From an uncultured Nitrososphaerales archaeon (lineage in GTDB: Archaea > Thermoproteota > Nitrososphaeria > Nitrososphaerales > Nitrososphaeraceae): a DNA stretch of 64,000 nt. The position numbers were made by a program, and so were the translations under genes. The notes under the pieces were generated by a model. It was not told the origin of the DNA. It saw nothing but the letters and a program-made list of their open reading frames with translations, and did no database searches. The stretch is from the NCBI GenBank assembly GCA_963713605.1, contig CAVQMO010000001.1, forward strand, positions 704,001 through 768,000, given 5' to 3'. How positions within the stretch are numbered: position 1 is the first letter of the stretch; each line of letters starts with the position of its first letter. Shown here one piece after another: positions 21,681 to 32,306 of this stretch.

Positions 21681-22595
21681 ATGTTAGCAAATGAGTTAGT
21701 ATGTAAAACATGTTATAAATCCGCTGATGCAATCATAGATACAGAGTCTGGCGAAACAATTTGCACTAATTGTGGTATCGTTATGAGTATTGATAAGTCA
21801 TTACAACATACTTCAGATGGACATGCATTTGATGCAAATCTAATGAGAGACAGAAGTAGAGTAGGAATGCCTATGACATTAACACGGCACGATAAGGGGC
21901 TTTCAACAGTAATTGGAATTCCAGATAAAGATGCTGGCGGAAACGGACTCGATAGTTCAACCCGTTCTATGATGCAAAGATTAAGAATGTGGGACTATAG
22001 AATTCAAGTCAGCACACCCACAGATAGAAATCTTAAAAATGCATTCCAGAAACTTGATATTCTAAAAGGGAAACTGGGATTGCCCGAAAATGTAATAGAA
22101 AAGGCAGCATATATCTATAGAAAGGTACAGCAACAAGGAATGGTTAAAGGAAGAAGAATAGTTGCTACATTAGCCGCGACAGTCTACATTGCATGTAGAG
22201 AGGCTGAAGTCCCTAGAACATTGGCAGAGATAGCATCCCTATGCAATATATCACATAAGGAACTCTCAAGGATATATAGACGGATAGTCTTGAACCTAGA
22301 CTTGAAGGTCCCAATGATAGATCCGGTAAAGTGCATTTCAAAGATTGCAAATAAATTGGAGTTAAGTGAGAAAACAAAAAGACATGCTATAAGGTACATG
22401 CACAATGTGAAAGCAAGCGGAATTGCAGTAGGAAAAGACCCCATGGGATTAGCAGGAGCAGTTCTCTACTTATCATGCCTACATTGTGATGAGCATAGGA
22501 TTCAGGAAGACGTTGCAGCTTCTTCTGGAGTAACAGTAGTAACTCTAAGAAATAGATGCAAAGAACTTAACACAAAGATCCCTCGACTTAATTAG
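21681..22595 (+). CDS. tfb: transcription initiation factor IIB
   Basis: N-terminal Zn ribbon, SRVG.P.....HDKGLST.IG, two cyclin repeats (VYIACR...VPRTL.EI; GKDPMGLAGA; GVT.VT.RNR). Confidence 0.95.
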   Translation: MLANELVCKTCYKSADAIIDTESGETICTNCGIVMSIDKSLQHTSDGHAFDANLMRDRSRVGMPMTLTRHDKGLSTVIGIPDKDAGGNGLDSSTRSMMQRLRMWDYRIQVSTPTDRNLKNAFQKLDILKGKLGLPENVIEKAAYIYRKVQQQGMVKGRRIVATLAATVYIACREAEVPRTLAEIASLCNISHKELSRIYRRIVLNLDLKVPMIDPVKCISKIANKLELSEKTKRHAIRYMHNVKASGIAVGKDPMGLAGAVLYLSCLHCDEHRIQEDVAASSGVTVVTLRNRCKELNTKIPRLN

Positions 22596-22748
22596 TACAA
22601 ACAACGCGGGGGGAATATGTATACCTTGCTGCTACAATTAGTATGTTTAACCTAATGAAAACTTATAAGAATCCTATTTTAGGATCAATATTACTACGAG
22701 AAAAAAAATGATTGTAGTCAGTAACCATTAGGGTGTTTGTTCGTTTGC

Positions 22749-23114
22749 CTAGTCAGTTGCTAGCCTAGCAGCATGGATTTTTAAAAGCCTTTTAAGGGCA
22801 TCAACGACGATCAGAGCGGCGAAAGTTTCTTTCAAATCCATTCGATGTCCTCTCTCAATAATAGCAGCTAATACTGGATGTTTAGGCTTTAACTCATTAA
22901 CCACCTGCTCTGCCATTTCATCAGTAAGAGCTTTTCCTCGTGCTTCTCGCATGGCATGAACCTTTAGTAAGACTTCCAAAGCATCAACCACGAGAATAGT
23001 ATTGACTGTCTTCTTTAGATCCATTTCATGTATTGTCTCTGCTACTTGGGCAAGTTCTGGGTGGATAGGCTTTAACTCTTTGATTTTTTCTTGTACCATT
23101 TCATTGTATACCAT
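22749..23114 (-). CDS. hypothetical protein of two tandem 61-aa His/Met-containing helical repeats
   Basis: EM.....ELKP.HP.LA...E..H.MDLK.T....VVDAL..LLK.HA occurs twice; ATG 23114 preferred over TTG 23225. Confidence 0.75.
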   Translation of the reverse strand: MVYNEMVQEKIKELKPIHPELAQVAETIHEMDLKKTVNTILVVDALEVLLKVHAMREARGKALTDEMAEQVVNELKPKHPVLAAIIERGHRMDLKETFAALIVVDALKRLLKIHAARLATD

Positions 23115-23179
23115 ACCTAAAATGGTTTGCTCAGAAATCTGGTAGAAAATAGTGTTGATTGTTGATATTGATTGTTGAA

Positions 23180-23535
23180 TGTTGTTGTGTGCCATTACGA
23201 TCTTTCTTAGTTCCTTGAACGTCAAAATCTTTCATTGAAAGTAAGTCTGTCGTTAGAATTAGCTTTTTCCATTGTATTAACTGCTAAAGTGCATGAAATA
23301 TCCTTAATACTGCCATTGAGGAGTTCAACTGGCAATCGGTATGACATGTGTGACAGTATGACAGGTGCTTCTTGTGAATAGAGAAGTTAGAATAGTTTCA
23401 ATCGAATGGTGTCTCGATATCTCGTTTTGAGATAGATACTCCTGAAAACAAACCAGCGCATTAAGGTACGATTTTTCTGATGAAGAGCTATTCATACAGA
23501 TACTATCCAAGAAGATCCTGATCTTGGATGATTGC
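23180..23535 (-). pseudogene. integrase N-terminal (SAM-like) domain relic
   Basis: SKIRIFLDSICMNSSSSEKSYLNALVCFQEYL...HSIETIL and LTFKELRKIVMAHNN; resembles thaumarchaeal integrase N-termini. Confidence 0.5.
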
Positions 23536-24018
23536 CAACAAAGCTGTTTACGCAGCTGGCACGCTTACAGGGGCGTTGATGGACTCATTAATAATAGAGC
23601 AATTTTTGAAAAAATTCGAACAAGTCGATGGTGGAAGAATTATTCTGAGTGTAATTCAACGCGACTTCTCGCTGCCAGCCCTTCGGTGTCCATGGGGAGT
23701 GTAGCACAAAGCAATAATTTGCTGTTATCTTTAAGTATAATGTAACATTTAGGATTTAATTAACAATCCACCGACCTAATAAATAATAGAATATACCTGA
23801 TGGTAGATCGGGACGTACGAGGCTTTCACTCCCTAAACTGCTACCTATATCTACTTTGAACCTCTTTTATACAATATTGTATTATTCATAACAGAACCTA
23901 AATCTTAAGTTCTGGCGGCCTATTCTAGTCCTCGCTTTCTAGATCGCCAACCTTGTATTACCATATTTCAATAATATGTTAATAAGGTAGGTTGTCGTTA
24001 AGGTATTAGAAAAGAAAT

Positions 24019-24195
24019 ATGGGTAAGTGGAAATGCCTGTGGTGTTCTAAGGTGTTAGAGGGGGAGTCATTTATGGATCTAATTGCGGCGAGTATAAAGG
24101 AGGGGGGTGGACAGCATGTGCAGCATGTGCATGCATGGGAAAATGTAACCTTAGCAAGGGAAGAGATTGCATTGGCAAATAAAATGCTGGCCTAA
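24019..24195 (+). CDS. 58-aa putative Zn-binding microprotein
   Basis: MGKWKCLWCSK...QHVQHVHAWE; intact ATG-TAA ORF below the ORF-track cutoff. Confidence 0.6.
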   Translation: MGKWKCLWCSKVLEGESFMDLIAASIKEGGGQHVQHVHAWENVTLAREEIALANKMLA

Positions 24196-24289
24196 TTCCT
24201 TTTTGTTTTAAGTATCGTATCGATAATAGGCTAATTTTCTATGATTCTTTGGAGAAAGTATATTAACTCGCTATATTGCCTAAAAGATT

Positions 24290-24583
24290 ATGAGAGGGAG
24301 ATGGGCTTAAGCAGCATTAGGAGCAGGAATGGCCAGAAGGCAGGCTGGATACGAGATGGACCGACAAGCACAAGCGTACGAAGCTCAACAACGACAAGCG
24401 CAAAGACAAATAGAAGAACAGCAGAGGCAAATAGAAGCACTGAAACAACAAAAGCAAAATCCCCAACCTTCGCAGGAAGACCTCGCTCACAAGTTGAAAA
24501 AATATGCTGATCTTAAACAACAAGGAGTGTTGACGGAAGAAGAATTTCTGAAACTCAAGGCGAACTTGTTATCAAAGATATAA
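24290..24583 (+). CDS. SHOCT-domain protein, copy 1 (codon 7 is TAA; could restart at ATG 24329)
   Basis: MRGRWA*AALGAGMARR..Q-rich..LKKYADLKQQGVLTEEEFLKLKANLL; paralog at 30434 has TCA at that codon. Confidence 0.8.
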
Positions 24584-24809
24584 ACTATAAGTTGCAACTA
24601 GACGAACGGATAATCTTATAGAAATAATTTAAGATCCGTAGCGAAATTAGTCGAGTCGATTCTGAAATGTCAATTCCAATATAAATGGAACTCCAACTTG
24701 GAACGCCTAATCATTGGGCCAATACAGACATGTCACATATAGTCCATACTTCAGTACATTGTACTCTATCATAAATAAATAGAAATCCTAAATATTATTG
24801 AGTTATTAA

Positions 24810-25154
24810 TTATCCTACTCTCTTCATTTTTGAGCCGCATTTAGGGCATGCGATTTCTCTGTGCTCATTACCACAACTCATACAATAGTATTTTATGAGA
24901 TTATATCCTTGCATGGAAGGGCCTAAATCTGACGACCGCAGAGAACCGAACAGTCCTCTCATACTAATCCCCTTCCTTTTCAACATTAAGCGTGTCCTCA
25001 AGAAGTTAAGTAGCATAAATCCTCCGATTGCTCCGATCAGAGATGCAGGGAATGGCAATAATAAAGCTGCAATGAATCCTATAGCTATGTATATGCTCAT
25101 CCACTTTAGAGTATATAATAAAAAATGCCTATTATTGTTAGAAATTTCACTCAT
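24810..25154 (-). CDS. 2-TM membrane protein with C-terminal zinc ribbon
   Basis: LKW..IY, LLPFP, KYYCMSCGNEHREIACPKCGSKMKRVG. Confidence 0.8.
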   Translation of the reverse strand: MSEISNNNRHFLLYTLKWMSIYIAIGFIAALLLPFPASLIGAIGGFMLLNFLRTRLMLKRKGISMRGLFGSLRSSDLGPSMQGYNLIKYYCMSCGNEHREIACPKCGSKMKRVG

Positions 25155-25464
25155 TATGCGTCACCTTTTATTCTTCACTTATACTATACAATAAACACTA
25201 TTAAATCAAATGTAACATATCCGAGGTCCGGTCAATGTATGATCAGGATGTCTTACTTTTGTCAGTTGTGCTGTAAAAGAAGCGCTTGCTTTATGGGTGT
25301 GTTTGAATCATTCTTTCCTTGTTGTATTAAAATGGGTGTGTCAGAAGGAACTATACTTATGATATCTAAAGTAGGTATCAAAGAGGACTGTGACTCAGGG
25401 GCATAAGGATTCAATACCCCGCCGGTGGGTCACTAATTGAGTACCCATTATAGCCCAACTACAT

Positions 25465-25839
25465 AGCTCACCTTCATTTGAAAGGGAATATAATCTCAAA
25501 TACCTGGGTAAGGTAGGTAATGTCTTCCACACTCTTGAAGCCGCTATAGCAACCCAACAGCAAGGCCAAGAATGCTAGGCTGGTCCGAGAGCACAATGAT
25601 CGGACGAAGTATGGGTTTTGATGTGGCCTGGGGAGATACATCCAAGTTTGCGATTGTCATCACTCAATACAGATACAACAAGGTTGATACATCCATCGTT
25701 GCAGAAGTTGATAGTATCACTAAGAACGGCAGTCGTGATAGATGACTGGAAGCTTGACAAACAACAGACTTCTCATGATGATATACTTGATTCGTTTAGG
25801 CTTGCTTGTCTGAACTATGATATTCCTAGAACTATTTGA
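25465..25839 (+). pseudogene. terminase large subunit relic 2 (internally deleted)
   Basis: SPSFEREYNLKYLGKVGNVFH; RSMGFDVAWGDTSKFAIVITQ (RNase H-like first Asp); IHPSLQKLIVSLRTAV...LDKQQTSHDDILDSFRLA (terminal DD..D motif). Confidence 0.7.
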
Positions 25840-25901
25840 TTAGACTATCAAAGTACTGTAACGTTATATTGGCACGATACCGATCATGCTATATGCTTAC
25901 T

Positions 25902-26360
25902 TTAGATATCGATCACGTTTATGGTTCCGTTGGAAGCAAGATTAGCGACAGACTCAAATGTTTGACCGTTATCAGTGCTAATTCTAGCGACAGGTTCATC
26001 GCTTGTTGCGTTTATCTGCCGCCAAATTACAACTACGTTCTCAGCACCTGCAGCAATTTGGATATCTTGTAATTTTGCATCCGTTGCGTTATTTAGGTTC
26101 ATTATGTCATTAAAAGTCGCACCTGCATCATTGGATGATCTAAACATTACTTGATCGTTACCTGTCCTGTTAGTAATCCATGCAATATAGATATTATCTC
26201 CAGATACAGCTAATGTGACTCTGCTCTCTGGTCCTTGCACCGCAACAGTACCATAGGTTGGTTGAGGGATTAGTTGAGCCAATAAGAGTGCTATTGTAGA
26301 TGTTGTTGTTCCAACAGCAACTATTATGATTACACATGTAATTTGCTGTTTGTTCATCAT
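25902..26360 (-). CDS. secreted BNR/Asp-box (sialidase-like) protein
   Basis: Signal peptide; RSSNDAGATF and ISTDNGQTF Asp-boxes. Confidence 0.8.
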   Translation of the reverse strand: MMNKQQITCVIIIVAVGTTTSTIALLLAQLIPQPTYGTVAVQGPESRVTLAVSGDNIYIAWITNRTGNDQVMFRSSNDAGATFNDIMNLNNATDAKLQDIQIAAGAENVVVIWRQINATSDEPVARISTDNGQTFESVANLASNGTINVIDI

Positions 26361-27071
26361 GAAATTATAAGGTTAGATGATGGTATAAGAGTTATGGCCG
26401 TAGCAGGTCGGTATCGTAAACAATAATTCGGAGCACAGATATGCGAACCGCATTTCACTACTTTTCTTGGGATCTTAAACTGTGGCTGTCTCGGATTATA
26501 ACTGTATTCGGGAGAAGTTACTCGGATTAATAGAAGTTGTGCAGCAAGTTTTGACCTTATTAGCAGACTCATCTATTTCCCGAGAGATGCTATTCTCGCA
26601 TTGAGGATGTCTTTGCAGTTCTGGCATTGACCATCCTCGCTGGTTCTCATGAGAACAAGCGAAGCCATCTACGGTGAGACGAGTGATGACCTGAGACTGA
26701 CGGAAACTATGATTGTTGATTTTGACTTTTGTAGCCCACTCCATCCTATGCTACTGTATCATGACAAAAATTCAAATAAACTAAAAGAGAGAATAACGCG
26801 ACCAGCAGCCCTTTCTATCTAACGCTCAGACCTTCTTATCTCATCTGCCAGGCAAATTTCTTCCTCCAATGCTCCGAATACTAGTGTATCGACGTTCTGG
26901 GTTCATGACCGCCATGGGAAAAGGGGTTAGGAGAGATACAAAGTTCTACTATATTCCAATATAACAATCTTTAATAAGAAGGTTGTTGTATACAAGATGA
27001 ATGATAAGAGATTTGAACCGCTCGATGAGTTACTCGAGTCACTCGAGGAGTAACTTTCAAGGTGAGAGATT

Positions 27072-28013
27072 TTGTTGAGGAAGAAACACCTTTGTCAATT
27101 CTGTGAAAAGATTTTTTCCAGACTCTGGAATCGAGATAGACACATGATGGATGTACATCCAATGTATCCTTTATCTCACCTTTTTTTTCACCGGGAAACG
27201 AATCATGTAAATGTGGAGAAGAGATCTCGTCAGTTCAATCGTAATACTCTTGATTTTCAGCCAGCTGGTCCTCCAGTTCAACATAAGGATTTCCTTGATT
27301 CGTCATTAGAGATTCTCCGTAAGTTAGCAGAGTTAAGGAGGTTGAAAGAGGATCTTTCTGTGATTCCGCTACGCCAACCATATTTTCAAGTCAATCAATA
27401 CCCTTCGCAATCTAATAACTCTCATGCACCTCCACCAGCGCTCCAGATGCAAGATTTGGAGATAATCGGATATAACGGAATAGTATGCCAAAGCTGCCTA
27501 GTTGCACATCCCCTAGCGATATATCAGGTCAAAGATAGGCCCGGAGTTAAACCCATTACGACCAGACACACCTGTAATGCGGAAAGATTGTCAGAAATAC
27601 AACAACAGCAAAACCTAAACAGGCAAGACATTCTTTCCGATCTGTATCTACACCAATTGCCAAGAGTGATACTAGAGTCTGCTAAAAAATGGACCAAGGA
27701 CGATTGCACCTTAACGGCAATCGAAGTTGCAGCTCCCCTTGAGGGTTGCCCATTAATCGACCTTTTAGACCAAAAAGAATGGGCTGTCCTTGCTGTCAGA
27801 AATGGATTCGTAATTTTAACCAACGAACAGCTGGAGGATTTTATCCATACTGTGAAGTTGGCCACTTGTGCATGTTTTAAGATTGCAGAAAAAAAAGGAA
27901 ACGAGAATAGTTGCAGAATATTTTTTATGAGTTTGAGGAGGAGTCATTCAACTCTTGTTACCAATACTGGTAGTGTTTCTTCACATTTCAAGTCCTGGGC
28001 AAAAGAGAAATGA
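27072..28013 (+). CDS. hypothetical protein with N-terminal C2H2 zinc finger
   Basis: HLCQFCEKIFSRLWNRDRHMMDVH; second CxxC...HxC site. Confidence 0.75.
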   Translation: MLRKKHLCQFCEKIFSRLWNRDRHMMDVHPMYPLSHLFFHRETNHVNVEKRSRQFNRNTLDFQPAGPPVQHKDFLDSSLEILRKLAELRRLKEDLSVIPLRQPYFQVNQYPSQSNNSHAPPPALQMQDLEIIGYNGIVCQSCLVAHPLAIYQVKDRPGVKPITTRHTCNAERLSEIQQQQNLNRQDILSDLYLHQLPRVILESAKKWTKDDCTLTAIEVAAPLEGCPLIDLLDQKEWAVLAVRNGFVILTNEQLEDFIHTVKLATCACFKIAEKKGNENSCRIFFMSLRRSHSTLVTNTGSVSSHFKSWAKEK

Positions 28014-28796
28014 TGTACCGCTATGCTCCTGTGTACCAATTATATATCAGTACATTAGAGGATTGAAACAATAGATCATTATGATGTCAAATCAAGAAGC
28101 GTCAGACAAATAGACGTTAAAAGTTATTTCTGACAAAAAGCTGTTATCTGAAATTGGTAGAGTTAAAAGAAATGAATCTTGAGATAAGGCCGTTTTCTTA
28201 GTATCGTACATCATCCTGAGTCGAAATTCTCTTTCGCAGATTGTTTAGTCCAACTAGGCCAGAAATTTGCTTTTCGTGCGTTCGGTTCACTTCTCGAACT
28301 ACATTCAAACGTATTCTAGATATTAATCATAGTCCCTATTTTTTGAAATTGACAATTAAAACGTTACATTCGGTCTATTGCATCTAGAATATGAATACCC
28401 GAAGTGCCAGTATGCTACTGCTTCTTTTCCGTGCAGTCTGTCAAAGAGCTGACTCAACAGATCCGCTCATTCAGTTGCCATTTCTTCTTGCTCAGCCATT
28501 CTATTGTCATTCACAATTAGATTTAGATAGTTATGATTTATAATAGGTTCCTTAGTTCCATATCAGTGCCTAATTCTTAGTTTATTTATGCTGTTACCTT
28601 GTTCGCCAAATACACCCTTGTTATTGATTTGAGTTAATCTTTTAAGATCGGTTGGCACTAGGAAGTCATATTGGACGCCTTTATATTGTATGATATCTAT
28701 AATAATTTTGACTAATACGAAGAAAGGGTCCTGTAGCAAATGAAGCAAGCTGAACCATATTCAATCTTTCAAAACTATGCCGTTGAATCAAGTAAA

Positions 28797-30171
28797 ATGC
28801 ATCTAACAATCCTGATAACAGGATGTAGTGGATTCATTGGAAGTCATCTGGTTAAAAGATTTATGTCAATTAAGGGGGATCGTGAATATGAAATTAGATG
28901 TATAACACGTGATGTGAAGTCTGTTGAAGGCATATTTAAGAAAGGAGAAGCCATTAAGGATCTTAAATTTATTCAGGCAGATGCCTCCAAATATTCGGAT
29001 CTGGTTAGCGCAATGACTGGCGTCGACATCGCATTCTATTTAATTCATTCCATGGAAGGATCATCTAAAGACTGGAAAAAATTTGCGGACCGAGATCGAA
29101 TAGCTGCTTCAAATTTTGCCAAGGCAGCAACAGAATGTGGAGTAAAAAGAATAATATATTTGGGCGGTTTGGTTCACGAAAACGAACAGTCAAATAAGTT
29201 GTCCGAACATATGCGGAGTAGGCGGGAAGTCGGTCAAATCCTAAAAAAATCTACTGCAAAGGTTACAATATTTCGAGCTGCCAATCATACTCGGTCAAGG
29301 AGGAGCCTCTTTTCAAATGCTGCAATATCTCGTTGAGAGACTTCCAGCAATGGTATGTCCCAAGTGGGTTTTGACAAGATCGCAGCCCATTGCAATAGAT
29401 GATGTTATCACTTACCTAATTAAAGCAATTGATTCAAAAGAAACTGAAGATAAGTCTTTTGATTTGGGTGGACCAGACATTATGTCCTACGTTGACATGA
29501 TGAGACGTTACGGGAAAATGCTTGACAAGTCTATAAAGATCATAATTATTCCTTTCCTTACGCCACGACTATCATCTTACTGGATTGATCTGATCACCCC
29601 GGTCAAAGCATCTTTAGCCAGGCCATTAGTAGAAAGTCTCAAACACGAAGCAATCGTAAGAGACGATTCGGTTAAACATATTATTCCATTAAATTTAAGA
29701 AAATTCGAAGAAGCAATTGATGTAGCAAGGAATGAAGAGAAGAAAAAAAAGAATAGCGTTACTAAGAAAGAAGAGTATGTCACTCATACTACAAGCAACA
29801 AAATTCTGATTATTTCGTTAGTATTGTTGGGATTGGTCGGATCTACTTATTATGTGCTAGATGCACGACCCGAAATACTGAGCGTGAACTGGCTTATTTT
29901 AAGTGGTTTGTGGTATATTAGTATTGTATTCTCAGTATTTTTTGTCAGCAATGGAGCGAGATTGGGAGCCATAACTGCAGGAATTATTGGATGGATTACG
30001 CTAGCATTTTGGTTAGTTGACAATTTATACACGATATCAGGGGACTCTCTGCTTGCTAGTTCACCAGATATGACGATGACGATCAGGAATTTCATTGGTG
30101 CGATTATTGCAGGGTTGGTTGTTGTATCTTCGCACAACGTCTTCCACAAAATACGAGTATATGGATTATGA
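28797..30171 (+). CDS. NAD(P)-binding SDR/epimerase (YbjT-like) with C-terminal TM region, frameshift near 29285
   Basis: ILITGCSGFIGSHL, FYLIHSM, IIYLGGL, LSEHMRSR.EVG, LVERLP.MVCPKWV.T..QPIA, PFLTPRLSSYW. Confidence 0.88.
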
Positions 30172-30433
30172 TGAAAGAGTAATTAATTAAACTTGTAGGA
30201 TCGGTTATGAGAGCTTACATCTGGGCTCGGACTGGAGAAGAATTGAGACTGCTTACAATAAAGGTCGGAATGGTTTATGTAAAGTACAAAAGAGACGAAA
30301 CTACTTACTGTACCACTGTACACCAACTGGCGACTCTAAGGTCATTCAACGACAGGGTATCGTTTCGACAATAGGCTAATTTTCCATGATTGTTGGAGAA
30401 AGTATATTAACTTCCGATATTCTCTTTAGGATC

Positions 30434-30736
30434 ATGAGAGGAAGATGGGCTTCAGCAGCCATAGGAGCAGGAGTAGCCAGAAGGCGTGCTGGAGCGGAAA
30501 TGGACCAACAGGCACAGCAATACGAAGCTCAACAACAACAAGCTCAAAGACAAATAGAAGAACAGCAGAGGCAAATAGAAGCACTGAAACAACAAAAGCA
30601 AAATCCCCCACAACCGCAATCACAACAGGAAGACATTACCCAGAAGCTGCTCAAATTTGCCGAACTTAAAAAGCAAGGAATAATATCTGACGAGGAATTC
30701 CAGAAACTCAAGACGGACCTATTGTCGAGGATGTAA
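30434..30736 (+). CDS. SHOCT-domain protein, copy 2
   Basis: MRGRWASAAIGAG..Q-rich..LLKFAELKKQGIISDEEFQKLKTDLL. Confidence 0.85.
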   Translation: MRGRWASAAIGAGVARRRAGAEMDQQAQQYEAQQQQAQRQIEEQQRQIEALKQQKQNPPQPQSQQEDITQKLLKFAELKKQGIISDEEFQKLKTDLLSRM

Positions 30737-31170
30737 GTCAAATATTGTGATCCATTAAGTTTAAGGATGAATCAATTATCGCCAAATTTTTTGGAGCTAG
30801 TTTGAAAATCGTTTGCCTAATTTCTATTGATGCCGATGCCTTTAGCTGTTTATAAGAGCAAATCTAATACCAATGTTATCATTGAAATAGATTTGCGTGG
30901 CAGTCTGTCAATTTTTCGATACACATCCTTAATCTTTCCTTGATAGATAATTTTCCTCCAATAATTTACAGGAAAAAGGTAGCATCCTCGACAAGAGTAA
31001 AGCTAAGAAGAGCATTTACCAATACAGATACATAGTGAGGCCGCCTAAAGAAATATGGACAATTCGTCTGATGACATTATAATCCGAGACGAATGTGTAA
31101 CTAATAATTGGTGCGCCGGTTCTAATATGTTAACCTCCTAATAAATAGAAATTTAGTAATCTTGAACAAG

Positions 31171-31563
31171 TCACTGGATCAATGGCGACATATCAGCTAC
31201 AGTCCATGCCTCCTTAATCTTGTCTCCTTCAAAATGCAGGATCTCGACTCCTCGAGTCTCAAACTTCTTATGAGTAGCTGCAAAATCGGCAAAGTCTTTA
31301 TCATGTGTAGCTTCTAAGCTCCACCTAATTGCAATCTTGTTTTGGTCTCCAAAAACATCTAATATTGTGATCTTCAGATCTGGAAATGCGGAGAGATCTT
31401 CAGACACCCACTTTTTGAATTCCTCTATTCCCCTAACTTCCTCGCCCATCCCATGGTAAACTATGTCTGGAGTAACGAAGTTCTTTGCTCCCTCAGTTTT
31501 CCGGGCATTAAATATTTCTTCAACGAAACTCCTAGCTATCGTACTGTATTGTGTGTTAGACAT
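31171..31563 (-). CDS. SnoaL-like ester cyclase
   Basis: AFPDLKITI, ATHKKFET.G, EGDKIKEAW; paralog of 2468-2890. Confidence 0.9.
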   Translation of the reverse strand: MSNTQYSTIARSFVEEIFNARKTEGAKNFVTPDIVYHGMGEEVRGIEEFKKWVSEDLSAFPDLKITILDVFGDQNKIAIRWSLEATHDKDFADFAATHKKFETRGVEILHFEGDKIKEAWTVADMSPLIQ

Positions 31564-31679
31564 ATAATATAAAGATCAGATGTGGCCATTAAGCTTTTCT
31601 ATATATGCATTGGGTTCGTTCAATATACGATTCAAAGGATGCAAAAAGAAAGTAATTTTCCATCTCCGGCAACATAGGT

Positions 31680-32131
31680 AGATTTGATATATGTGAACCT
31701 ATTGCCTGATATTTTAGCTTATATAGTTAACTTTGTAACCCTTAGTGTATACCGGGTTGCGCATCATAAAATTTTCCGCTGGATACTGTGTGCAGCGCCC
31801 TTTAATTTGGATAAATATTTCATTTTTAATGACTATTGGATTAGTACCTTTTTCAACTGCTTTACTTGCAGAATATAGAGCCCAACAAATTCCAATCTTT
31901 GTATATTCATTCAATTCGATCCTTGCAGGCGTGATAATACATGCACTGTACCATCATGCAAAAGGGGATCTAGAATTAGTTGATAAGACAGCACACGCTT
32001 TGATTAAGAATAGATCTGGTAGACGAATACTAGTAACAATGTTCACATATTCAGTAGCTATACTAATTTCATTCATATACTTGCCTGTTTCTCTTTTTAC
32101 TAGTTCTGGTTCCAGAGTTTCTTCCAGATAG
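31680..32131 (+). pseudogene. TMEM175-family K+ channel, 5'-truncated and frameshifted
   Basis: LAYIVNF......AHHKIF / LIWINISFLMTIGLVPFSTALLAEY; the N-terminal FSD motif is absent. Confidence 0.75.
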
Positions 32132-32306
32132 ATTCTTTGGAAGCGAAGCATGAGAGTGTGGTGTGAAACATTCTCGAGTCTAAGTAGAAGGCATCAATTC
32201 TAAAATAAGTCCGAAGTTAATTACTTTTTGTGCTATTATTTGTATCAACAAGGTCAGGGTTACAGGAATTCTATGCGTTCCGACGTCATAACAATTAGTA
32301 ATATAT

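Noticed and set aside
26357..26744. ORFs 26357-26572 and 26496-26744 as a further integrase relic
   Set aside because: Only a vague resemblance (NPRQPQFKIPRKVVK); insufficient support
28400..28499. Small minus-strand gene remnant (MAEQEEMATE*ADLLSQLFDRLHGKEA)
   Set aside because: Short, interrupted by a stop, and the family cannot be named with confidence
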